Part shown: positions 12,629 through 24,200 of the stretch, piece after piece
How positions within the stretch are numbered: the first letter of the stretch is position 1
How the letters are laid out: every line of letters begins with the position of its first letter
Origin: Eledone cirrhosa
Taxonomy: Eukaryota
NCBI GenBank assembly: GCA_964016885.1
Contig: OZ024740.1
Span: forward strand, 52,266,001-52,330,000
DNA length: 64,000 nt
Reading direction: 5' to 3'
Notes under the pieces: model-generated
Databases searched by the model: none
Told to the model about the DNA's origin: nothing
The model's input: the letters and a program-made list of their open reading frames with translations, nothing else
Position numbers and translations under genes: made by a program

Positions 12629-15600
12629 ATGGCGACCGTTGTGGTCAGTGTCCGATAATTGGACGTGTGTAATTACGGCTTACATGAAGGCAACATACCA
12701 TATATTGGAAAAAGTTGAGCTACATTACGCGGTAAGATTACATACAATAATTCTACATAAGTGTTTGAACTGTAAGTGTGTTGTAAAACACCTATTTATA
12801 TGAACGATACATACACTTATGATATATGAACGATACATACACTTTAACATATAAATGCAACGTTGTTATATTACATTTATAAAGAAATATAAAAGTAACG
12901 TTTTCGATTCAGAAACAAAAATATAAGTGTTTGAACTGTGAATGTTGTGAATATGTTGTAGAACACCTATTTATATGAATGATACATAAACTTTAACATA
13001 TAAATACAGCGTTGTTATATTATATTACATTCGTAAAGGAATATACTAAGTAACGGTTCTTTTTGTTCTCGATTCAAACGATTCAAGAACAACGTTTAAA
13101 ACACAGTTGTAGAATTAAAAACTAACTGAAAAGAAATATTACCCAAGCTGTGAATAACTTTAAATTTGATTCTGACAGAACTTTGTCGTAACTTTTAAAG
13201 AAGATCATCGACTATTAAAAAAAAATAAATACAAAATATTAGTGAATAGACGAACTCATCATGGCAAAAAGTACAAGTCTCCTTCGACCAAATCGCAATT
13301 ACAACCGTTGTATACAGTGGAGCTACGAGCTTAACAAAGAATTATATGAAGCATACAAACAATCTGAACCCCAAAAGTTCGGTTTTATGCAAAGGCTAAA
13401 AACTTTATGGAACTCCAAACACCCAGAATTAGACTTTTCTCCAAAGCATCTAAATGAACAGGCAAAACGTATCATTAGATGTAAATTGATACATCTAACG
13501 GAATCGAGTGATACTACAAATACAGCCCTTGTAGACAACCACCCCACCTCCACTGACAGACAAAGAGAATGGCCGGCTAAATCTAACAGTGAACAGCTCA
13601 CCAACAATTTTGCTGAAATCCATCCCACTTCCACTGAAGAACAGCGAGAAAGGTCAGCTGACTCTAGTAGTAATTGTCACCACATCAACAACGAGGCTGC
13701 AATTCATGACTCTACTGAACAAACAGAGCACCAAAAACTTGTGGGCACCCTACAAGTGATATGGAACGATATGTTTCAAGAGATACACAGCCTTAATGTG
13801 AGTGACAGACCATACAACACTAGAGTCAGTAAAGAACCCACTAAATTGGAATTGGAAGCGGTGAACGAAATAGCTGGCAATTATCTGAAGGCTATACGAT
13901 CTAAAGGTGTAGAAACGACATTTGAAACGCTCAATGTTTTGTTATATGTTTCAGCTGTCACATTGCTATCATATAACACACATCTAAAACCACGCAATCA
14001 AGATACAAACAGAAAGCCTGAACCAGCGTGGATGCGAAATTTAAAAACCAAAATTTTGTCCCTGAGACGAAGTATCTCACACATCGCAGTCGTTATGAAA
14101 TGCAACATAGAGAGAAACTTCACACGACACCAGGAAGACCTAAAGAAAACGTTAGAGAGACTATTTGGAGATACCAAATTTAAAACTTTGAACTCCAAAT
14201 TACACCAGTTGAAACAACAACTCACAGCTACAACAGAAAGACTAAAATATAAGTCAACAGCCCATAAACGACAAGTGCTAAATAGATTGTTTGCCAGAGA
14301 TCCTAAATCAGTTTATCGCAGCTTCGGTGGCAAAAGCTCAATCCCTGTAAACGACACCCCTTCAAAAGAACAGGTTGAGAACTACTGGAGATCTGTATGG
14401 GAAACGGATGACGGATTCAACAGACAAGCTAATTGGCTAAAACAACTGGAACAGGACTACTGCCAACATGTCCAGACAAAACAATATGACATAGATGGGT
14501 CAATACTGGAAACAGCTCTACAGAAAATGTCGAATAGGAAATCGCCAGGCCCAGACCTCATTACAGGATACTGGTTGAAGAATTTCACTTTCTATCGGCA
14601 AGATCTCATACGGCTGTTTACAGAAACCATTAAGGGCACACAAGAACTGCCCAGATGGTTATCAACTGCCACTACTCTCCTCATTCCCAAAAATAGCCAA
14701 ACCACCCTTGCTAAAAATTACCGCCCAATTGCCTGCCAAAACATCATGTATAAATTATATACTGGGTGCCTTAACCTGTTCTTACAAGATCACTGTGCTA
14801 CCAACAACATCATAACACCTGAGCAAGCTGGTGGAAAGAGGGAGGTGTGGGGTTGCATAGATCACCTACTAACTAACAAAATGATTCAGGAAAAAACAAC
14901 AAAGAATCGCAGAAACATGACTGTCGTGTGGCTGGACTATCAAAAAGCATTTGATAGTGTACCTCATGGGTGGATTATTAAGGCTTTACAGTTAGCTAAA
15001 GTCCCACAACCATTAGTAGCTGCTGTTGAACGCCTGACCAAGAACTGGTACACCAATTTGATCCTTAGAGGTGAGAAGGAGCAGGTTAAGACTGATAGGA
15101 TACATTACCAGAAGGGCATCTTTCAGGGTGATAGCTTGTCAGTACTACTCTTCGTTCTCTCACTGAATCCACTATCTTACCTACTCAGGAAACAAGGTGG
15201 ACAAAGAAGTGGGCCCAGAAGTATCTCCCATCTTTTCTTTGTTGATGACCTGAAGTTGTATGGGCCAAATATCAATGACATCAAGAAACAATTGGACCTC
15301 ATTACACAATTTTCAACCGACATCAAAATGAAATTTGGTGAGTCCAAGTGTGCATATTTGGCAGTAAAACGTGGAAGAGCTGTGCCCTCCTCTAGAAATC
15401 TAGATATGAACGGCCTGACAATACAACCTCTGCAGTCAGGTGACAACTACAGATATCTTGGACAGGATGAGAATGTTAGATATGATGGACCCATAAATAA
15501 GGAGAGAACCAGAACTGAATACCTCAGAAGAGTAAAAAAAATATGGTCATCAGAACTGTCAGCATACAACAAATACATTGCCCACAATACCTATGCTGTG

Positions 15601-16852
15601 CCAATTCTAACGCCAACATTTGGCCTACTGAACTGGTCATTGCAAGAACTAAGTGAGATGGATGTTAGAACTCGTAAACTTCTCAGTGTTACTGGGAACT
15701 TTAACATCAATGGTGATGTGGATAGGCTATACTTCTCACGCAAGGAAGGTGGCCGGGGTCTAAAATCAATATTAACAACATATGAAACCCGGATAGTAAC
15801 ACTGAAGCAACACCTTCAACAGAGGAAAAAGGTTGGCGACCATCTTGCTCAGGTTTATGAGCATGAAAAAAGAAATATCATTAGAATAGCGACTGATCTG
15901 GAGGAGAGATATGGAATAAAGCCTGATATAAATCTCTCACCCAGAGAAATCGGAAGATCCTATTCAATGTTCAAACAAGAAAAAAAAAATTGACCAATTT
16001 ACAGAGAAAGTTGTGCATGGATACTTGAGGCGTAAAACACAGACCATAGAGGGGATAAACCACTCAAAAGGCCTGGCATGGAGTTCCGACAAGTTTATGA
16101 CATCACACCTTGAGGGATATCTCTATGCAATACAGGAACAAGAACTCCCTACCAAATATCTGCTGCACAAAAGAGGAGGGCCAGCAGCTGACAATAAATG
16201 TAGGCTATGTAAAACAAAGATCGAGGATGTAAGCCACATTGTTGCCAGCTGCGAAAGAATGTCATCTCGCTACTACCTCCCCATGAGACACGATGGGATA
16301 GCTAGAACTATCTGGAACGCACTTCGGAAAACAAAATTAACAACAAACGAGGAAGAATATATTGAGACAGATGGCACTAAGGAATACTGGTGGAACCTGA
16401 AAATAAAAACTGCCACCAAATTAAAGCACAACCGGCCTGATATTGTAGTTTGGGACCACACATTGAAAACGTGTTCTGTTGTGGAGATCAGCTGCCCACT
16501 TGATGTAAACGTTGTCAGAAAAATACAGGAGAAGGAGGACATCTACGGACCATTGATGAGGAGCTTACAAATCCAGTATCCAAGATACACCTTTAGCTTC
16601 ATACCCATCATTATTGGTGCTACGGGTTATATACCAACCCGCTTGGACCAAAGTATGACCGAACTTGGATTTGCGGACAAAAAGCGCAGCTCCCTAATTC
16701 ATAGTCTACAAATGGCTGCGATAGCTGGCACCTTCAAAATATGCAAAACATTCTTGCGATTCAAGGGATGACAATTTCTTTTCTTTTACAACCTTGCCAC
16801 CAGGAAGGTGGCCGGTCAAAAAAATATACTCGAAATTAAGAGAAAGAGAAAA
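12629..16852 (+). mobile_element. Apparently full-length R4/Dong-like RLE non-LTR retrotransposon inserted in (TACA)n
   Basis: ~630 bp leader, RT+RLE coding region, short 3' UTR, (CATA)n on both sides. Confidence 0.85.
13261..16771 (+). pseudogene. RT + CCHC + restriction-like endonuclease polyprotein with one frameshift in an A10 run
   Basis: YRPIAC, WLDYQKAFDSV, GIFQGDSLS, HLFFVDDLKLY; CRLC-x8-H-x4-C, RHD, RPDI, EISCP. Deleting one A at 15980-15989 joins ORFs 13261-15993 and 16013-16771 into 1169 aa. Confidence 0.9.
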
Positions 16853-16873
16853 CATACATACATACATACATAC

Positions 16874-17483
16874 ATGGTGGCTGCCAACTCGTTTTCGAGT
16901 ACGGCCACTACTTTATATCCATGTAGGAGAACCCCTACCGATGCGCTGAACGAGTGTGACTTTTTAGTCCAGCCAGCGACTTGAAAACTCTGGTACAAAC
17001 ACTACACTTGTGACAATTATTGACACATAGTACTGGGCCCATGGTACCATGTGACGACAAGTGCAGAGAGATCTCCAGATATAAAGCAATGCCTGTGCCG
17101 TGAAGCTTTTATAGTGAGCAAAGGCACTGCACAAAGCCAGTCCCACTCTCTTAACCAAGATGATATTTACCAAAAAGAAGAACAAGTCAACATCATTGGA
17201 TACCATCAGGGTTGCAGGTGTTATATCAAAGTTTTCCTTCTCCTAGAATTCTGCCTTGACAAAGGCTAAGAGGTCATCTCTCCCGGTGATTTTGGATGGC
17301 CATTGACTCTTAAGAGCTCCTTTGCCCTTTGACAGGTTTTGTTTTTAGTCCTGCAGGATGTCCAAAGTCACCCTCCTCACCAAGAAACCTTTGTGTGGTT
17401 GCCAGTTTAGTCGCCAACGACCCGACCATGAGACAGGTTGTACTGGGATACATGTTACTAGTAGCACCAACTGGTGACCTGAC
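16874..17483 (-). mobile_element. Non-coding, RTE-derived-like non-autonomous retroelement in (TACA)n
   Basis: Related to 9733-10166. 3' end ctcg-aaaa-cgag-ttggcagccaccat. CATA tracts on both sides. Confidence 0.6.
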
Positions 17484-17565
17484 ATACATACATACATACA
17501 TACATACATACATACATACATACATACATACATACATACATACATACATACATACATACATAATA

Positions 17566-17910
17566 ATGATGGCTGCCCCCTCGCTATCGAGTATGGCCAT
17601 TGCATGATATAACATTATTAATGATTATCAATTAATGCTAACGTGCAATGCCTGTGCGTGAAGATGTTTTTAAAGTGAAGAAAGACTGTGCACTGAGCTA
17701 ATCCCACTCTCTGAGCGTCAGTAGCTATAACCCGAAAAGAGGAAAAGATCAACATCATCGGTAACTACTGAGCCGCAGGTTTTATGTCGGAGTTATCCAA
17801 GTTTCTGAGTTGCCTTCTCCTAGAAGAATGCTCTGACAACGTCTAGGGGTTCTTCACTCCCAGTGGTTTAACCACGCGATCGAGTATCCAGCCCAACTAT
17901 TTCTATGTCC
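17566..17910 (-). mobile_element. 5'-truncated diverged copy of the same non-autonomous group
   Basis: gcaatgcctgtg, tcccactctc, tcaacatcat blocks shared. 3' end ctcg-atag-cgag-ggggcagccatcat. Confidence 0.55.
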
Positions 17911-17986
17911 CGCGTATATACATACACATGCATATACATATACATACATATGTACATTACACATTTTTACACACATACATACATAG

Positions 17987-18093
17987 ATGGTGGCTGCCAA
18001 CTCGTTTTCGAGTACGGCCACTACTTTATATCCATGTAGGAGAACCCCTACCGATGCGCTGAACGAGTGTGACTTTTAAGTCCAGCCAGCGAC
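17987..18093 (-). mobile_element. ~105 bp 3'-terminal copy nearly identical to 16874-16980
   Basis: atggtggctgccaactcgttttcgagtacggcc...agtccagccagcgac, flanked by CATA tracts. Confidence 0.75.
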
Positions 18094-18604
18094 ATACATA
18101 CATACATACATACATACATACATACATACATACATACATACACACATAGGTATGTGTGTGTGTGTGTCTTATGTGTGTGTACAGATGTTTATACACTAAG
18201 CTGTCATTTAGGTACACATTTTGACAACATGGTTATCTCTCATATCCTTTGAATAGATTATAATATAGAAAAGTATTTTCACCAGCCAACAAATATGTCT
18301 TTTCGTAGAAAAGGCGCATACTTTATAGCATGAATGAAATCGGCAAAAAGTGGACAGACGACAGGTTCGTGGGAAAGCTAGAATAAACTCCCAATAAACC
18401 TGTCAGTTATAAGTGAACAATCAAATCTATCGATAACAAAGTCCAATTGTACCATGGATAGTTCAATGACATAATTGCTAAACTAAACAAAAATCAGAAC
18501 AGTATCTATCGAAAACAAGGGAGACGCGAGCAAAACAAGTTTAAATTAAAAATATTTACACTTATATACTGCTTTGAATGTGGTTATATATATATATATA
18601 TATA

Positions 18605-18770
18605 TAGTGAAATTCCGTTATAACGAAATTCATGGGGTATAAAAAACATTGGTTTTAACGAAAAATTCTTTATAACGAGATCGACCTAAAACATCGAGCG
18701 CGTGGCCGGAGATTGAAAACAATTTCGTTATACTGAAAAATCCGTTATAATGGTATTCGTTATAACAAAA

Positions 18771-18777
<7 letters not shown>
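18605..18777. mobile_element. Tigger/pogo-like MITE
   Basis: Imperfect TIRs agtgaaattccgttataacgaa / ttcgttataacaaaattttctct with internal cgttataac sub-repeats; TA-rich left flank. Confidence 0.55.
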
Positions 18778-18809
<32 letters not shown>

Positions 18810-18812
18810 ATA

Positions 18813-18907
18813 TATAAATACAAATAAAATTATCGAGAATAGCAACTTCGGCCCACGAAATAACGAAAAACAATCTCCGAGATGTGTGGCAAAGTGCTCA
18901 ATGGTTC
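18813..18907. repeat. ~90 bp direct duplication (second copy 19617-19707)
   Basis: ataaatacaaataaaattatcgagaat...ggcaaagtgctcaatggt occurs twice. Confidence 0.85.
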
Positions 18908-19130
18908 GGTTGAACCAGAGCTATAACTAACGTTTAATACCAAACACACTGAGACGCTGGTTAAACAATCATTCGCACAGCCAAAAAAAAAAACGATCAA
19001 GTAATTCGGGTCAAACAAATAAAAATATATGTGATTGACAAATTTACCCGGACCCCTGGACGGATGGTAAAATCCAGCATTTGGGTTTCTGCGACTCCGA
19101 AATCAGGTACCGTCCGCCTACATAAATAAT

Positions 19131-19312
19131 TGTTTCTACTTTAGGCACAAGGCCAGCAATTACCCAGTGCATTACTGGTACTTTATTTTATCGACCCCGT
19201 AAGGATGAAAGGCAAAGTCAACCTCGGCGGGATTTGAACTCAGATCGTAAAGGGACGTAACTATGCTGGAAAGCATGGCGTCCGACCCTCTACCGATACT
19301 GCCAATCCACCA
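19131..19312 (-). mobile_element. tRNA-derived SINE, full length, 14 bp TSD
   Basis: A box TGGCAGTATCGG, B box GAGTTCAAATCC, central gcctttcatcc...ggggtcgataaaat domain. TSD cctacataaataat at 19117-19130 and 19313-19326. Confidence 0.9.
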
Positions 19313-19706
19313 CCTACATAAATAATGTTAGGCTTCTGGTAAGATGATGAACAAGGAAGTCGCTTTTTCAACAGGCTTTTAGTTCAGTAATACAAGGAAA
19401 GACTGTTGCTGACCCCACGTGGGGATCAGCAAGGGAGGCAACCCCTATATTAGGCGAATGAATTCACTTGTGTATATTATTGCAAGAATGCAAAATATCA
19501 CAAATCGAATTAGAGTTCTCAACAGAAGGGTTAAAGTTAACATAAGCTATTCATCAGTCAATAGAATCAACTAAAAAAATCAATAAAATTAACTGATCAA
19601 TAGCTAGAGTCTGGAGATAAATACAAATAAAATTATCGAGAATCGCAACTTCGGCCCACGAAATAACGAAAAACAATCTCCGAGATGTGTGGCAAAGTGC
19701 TCAATG

Positions 19707-19808
<102 letters not shown>

Positions 19809-19945
19809 GCGTGTGTGTGTAATCTTATATAAAATCGCGGAGGGGTAGATCCCAATAAAGTAATCTAAAAACAACACTTCACAAGCATATTTCCTTGGAG
19901 ATATATTTCTAGTCAAGCAACCTAAAGTTAGAAGTCTTCACTAAG

Positions 19946-20041
19946 TTCCTTTACTGCAGTTTCAAAACTGAAGAATAACGTTCACCATTTCAGTAGACTG
20001 ATATGGCTACCGTTAACAGAACAGTTTTTCATCAGGGGGAA
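19946..20041 (-). ncRNA. Hammerhead-like motif with extended stem II (stem I imperfect)
   Basis: Minus strand: ttcccc-CTGATGA-aaaactg...cagtttt-GAAA-CTGCAG-TA-aaggaa. Confidence 0.55.
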
Positions 20042-20113
20042 TTCTGTATGGTATAAGAAAAATATAAATACCCGTAAAGCGAAAGAGTCCATTTTCATGT
20101 GCAAGAAAACATT

Positions 20114-20246
20114 ATAATATTGCACGCATGCGTAGATCTACTAACAAGGCTTATATATATGTGTGTGTGTAAATATTTGTATATACATTGTTCGTATATA
20201 GAAATATTTACCTTGTTAGTAGATCTACACATGCGTGCAATATTAT
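20114..20246. repeat. Inverted repeat, 36 bp arms
   Basis: ataatattgcacgcatgcgtagatctactaacaagg / ccttgttagtagatctacacatgcgtgcaatattat. Confidence 0.85.
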
Positions 20247-21133
20247 TATTTGTCAGGAAATTTATCCGGATACTTACAACAGAATGTACTCCGTGATACT
20301 CATGGACCAGGTGGTAATGGTTTTAAAATGTGGGTGCCTACCTTTCAAAAAGAAAACACTTTCCCATAGCGCTGACATTGCGATCAAATTCGGAACTACA
20401 TTGAACTTTTTAAGCATACAGCCATTTTTGTACGAACAGTGTAACCATTTTAAAGGTTATTTCAAATAGATACGTTTTGTATATATACGTTTTTACATGA
20501 ATCATAAAGAAGAAGAAGAAGAAGAAGAAGTAGAGCGATAGTGAGTTTGTGTGAGGGGAGCAGATTAAAAACCAGAAAATAAACAAATAACTTCAATATG
20601 CCATCGAAAAACTGTAGTTAATGAGGTAAGATTGTAGAAATGATGTATATTTATGGCTGTATTTTACATTTTTTAAGTTCTATGAGTGAATCTAACCAGA
20701 ATTATTTTCAATCATTCATATATACACGTATGGCATGTGTATCAATTCACAGTTCTACCAACCTAAATAAAGTACATCAACACAGTCTAGGGTATCATTT
20801 GCAGTACAATTTACATATTTACCAAATTCATAAACGCATTCTCTGTGCATATTTGCATTAAAGTAACAATTTCCAATGATTTCTATAAAACTTTAGGATG
20901 AAATCTAGTAAAATAGGAACATAACATATCACCATTTTCTTTTTTTCACAAATTGTTGTTGACATACAAATTTCAACAGATTGAATGTCCGTTTAGGCGC
21001 TTGTTACTTAACTTGAAGAATATATTCTAATTTGTGAAACAAAAAAAACAACAAAAAAACAACAACAACAACAACAACAACAACGACAACGACGACAACA
21101 ACAACAACAACAACAACAATAATAATAATAATA

Positions 21134-21262
21134 ATTGTTTCTACTTTTTGGCACAAGGCCAGCAATTAACCAGTACATTACTGGTACTTTATTTAATCGA
21201 CCTCGTAAGGATGAAAGGCAAAGTTAACCTCGGCGGGATTTGACCTCAGAACGGCAAGGGCC
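21134..21262 (-). mobile_element. tRNA-derived SINE, 5'-truncated, followed by an (ATT)/(GTT) tract
   Basis: Same family as 19131-19312. Confidence 0.85.
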
Positions 21263-21273
21263 ATAATAATAAT

Positions 21274-24200
21274 ACTTTCTTTATTAACCACAAAAGTTTA
21301 TATAAAGTAGACATTAAGGACAATACAGGACGGTACAAATGGGCATTTCTGCGTGTAAAAAACAAAAACAGAGGATGTAACAAAAAATAACAATGAAAAA
21401 TTCCCTAATAGGGGGAGATTTCCGAGGGACATTTGTGTAGAAATCCCATTAAAAGGCCACAGTGACCCTGACCACCAGGGCAAGTGCCCTCTCCCAGTTT
21501 TCCACCTTTAATTTACAGACACATACTCAGAGTAGGCCCATTCACTCGGGCCATTCTTGCTTCTCTCACCCATCTTTCAACAAAATGCTGGGAATGAGCA
21601 CTTCCCTCTCTACCCTGATTTTCCTTTTCAAATGAAATTTGAAAAAGTTAATCAGGGCATCGCCGAAGAGGTAAGTGCTCGTCTTCAGCCCTTTCAAATG
21701 TGTCCACCATCCTATCTCTTTTGCCATGGCCACCAGACAGATAAAAACTGCCTGCCCTTCCCGGCTAAAGGAAGAGGGCGGGGCAATCCTCATAATGGAC
21801 TCAGCTGATAGCCGGATCCGTACTACACGCGACAGCAGGTGTTCAACATAAACCCACAAGTCAGCAATGCTCGGACATTGGACGAGTGCGTGCAGGACGG
21901 TTTCGTCGCCCTGCGCGCATCTCGGACATACCCAGCTGACGGCACCTCCATGCCGTAGAGTTTATCCCGAACTGGCAAAGCTCCTCGGTAGCACTGCCAG
22001 GCCAGGGATTTCTGGAGGTTGTCCATAGGCCCGGCCCGAAAGTTCTTCCGAAGAGATTGGCTAGTTGATTTTCGTCGACGACTATAGTTTCCCTAAGTAC
22101 GTCGTCGCTCTTCCCCTCCACTAATCCTCTATAGAACGCCGAGGTGGAGTTTCCACCGATCACACTGCCCGATTAGTCGAGGGCTGTGAGCGCCTGAAGA
22201 CAATTCCAGTCTCCAAGCGTTCCCTCTCGGTATTCGCTTGACCCGGGACTGCAGCTCCGTCAAGGAGACGAGCTGGAGAAAAACGCGTCTAGCAAACGGC
22301 GACCACACCTGATCACCCTCGAGGAAGAGGTGGAGATGTCGTAGCCTGAGCGCGTGTCTGCGTATCTTCAGTCACAGCAGCCCAGCCCTCCACGTAGCGG
22401 GTGTTGACAGCAGATAGACCGCCTGACTATCGGAGCGCATCCCTTCCACAAAGTGCGAAAGAGCAAACGCTCCAGCGCAATCAGGCGGGCGGTAGTAGAT
22501 GACGGACGCGATGTACGCGTTAGCCACCTCCGCTCGACCTTCAGGGATAGCTTCCTCTCCGCCCATTTCTGGGGGGTGAGAGAAGCCACCCTGCTCGTCA
22601 CCTCATCCCAGTTTTTGTCCGTCTGGAGGTCCGGACCGAACCAGACTCCTAGCAATTTAACCGGTCCGTCTGTCCAGCGCCAGACGACGCTGTTGGACGG
22701 CATGGACTTCCTCTCCAGGTGTCGAGCTGCAGGCCCACTGACTTTTGCTGGTTGATCATTGCTCCTGTCACCGCTTCGTATTCTCTTAGTGTAGTGCCAA
22801 TCGCCTCGATGTGTTTGGCGTTCGACACCACTACGGTGACATCGGCCGCATATGCTGACACGGATATTCCGCATCCTAGTTCGCGCGTGACCCCCCTCAA
22901 CGTCTCCAGTTTGTACAGCAATGGCTCGAGAGTCAATATGTACAAGAGGGACGAGAGGGGACATCCTTGGCGGACCGGGCGCATGATGTTGAACGGTTCC
23001 GAAAGGTGACCGTTCACTCTCACCACAGAGCAGATATCGCTGTGCATGGCAGCGATCCAGCCTCTGAAGACGGGCCCAAAGCCAGCCGCCCTCAGGACTG
23101 CCGCTAGGTAACGATGGTCGACCCTATCGAAACTTTCGACTGATCTAAATTGATCAAGGACCCACCCGTGCCAGGTTCCCTAGCTACCCTCTCCACGATG
23201 TATCGCATGAGGTGGAGGTTGTTGTGGATGGATCTGTCGGGAATGGCGCATGTCTGCGCCTCTCCCACCAGACCACCAACCACAAGCGCCAACCTCTTTG
23301 CTAGCACCTTGGCCAAAATCTTGAACTCTGTGTTTAGCAGAGTTATGGGCCTGAAATTATCTATGTTATCCCACTTGTTCGGATCCTTTCTCAGCAACGC
23401 CACCGCTCCTCGGCTCACAGAGCTAGGAATTCTCCCATTCTGTTGCCAGTTGCAGTAGACGTCCGCCAAGTCTGGCATCTATACGTAAAGTTCATAGGGC
23501 AGACCATCCAAACCAGGCGATTTACCCCTTGTGCAGCCAGTCATTGCCTCCCGTACTTCAGCGGCTGTTATCGGCTTTTCGCAACACTCTGCCTCAGTGG
23601 CCAAGAGCCGCGGCAGTCCGTCGAGGTAGACACTAAAGTCCATCCCTCGAACCAGCCCGCCACTGCCCCCGAACAGCTGAGCGAAGTGTCGCTGAAAATC
23701 TTCACACATTTGCCCAGGATCGAGTAGCATGCGCCTGTCGTGGTCCACCAAAGACCGGATCGTGGCTTTGTTGCCACAACGCGCCTCCGCCATTCGGGCC
23801 CATTGAACGGCTTTCGTCCCCTCGTGTCTGAGAGCACGCACCCTAGCTCTGACAACGCAGCCTTCGTGCTTTGCATTGAAGAATTGATCAAAGGCCAATT
23901 TCGCCGCAAGTATGTCGGTCGCGATGCCTTTGTTAAGCCTCGTCTAATTTTCTAACTAGTTCTCCCTCTGCTCTATTTTTCTCTATAGCTAAAGCCTTAC
24001 TAAACCTAATGGACTCTATTCTAATCGCTCTTTTCAGTGCAAACCAGCACTTGTTGTTGATGATGGCCCCCGTCAACGCCCGCTTAACTTGTTCGCTAAT
24101 CCGGTCTCTGTAGGCCTTGCGCGCTGGTAAGGACGCGTTTAGCTTCCAGTAGCCGGGTCCTTGTCTATGAAGCCTATCTAAGTCAACCACACAGATCAGG

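Noticed and set aside
19131-19312. tRNA gene (A and B boxes)
   Set aside because: No cloverleaf; multi-copy with TSD and tail, so it is a SINE.
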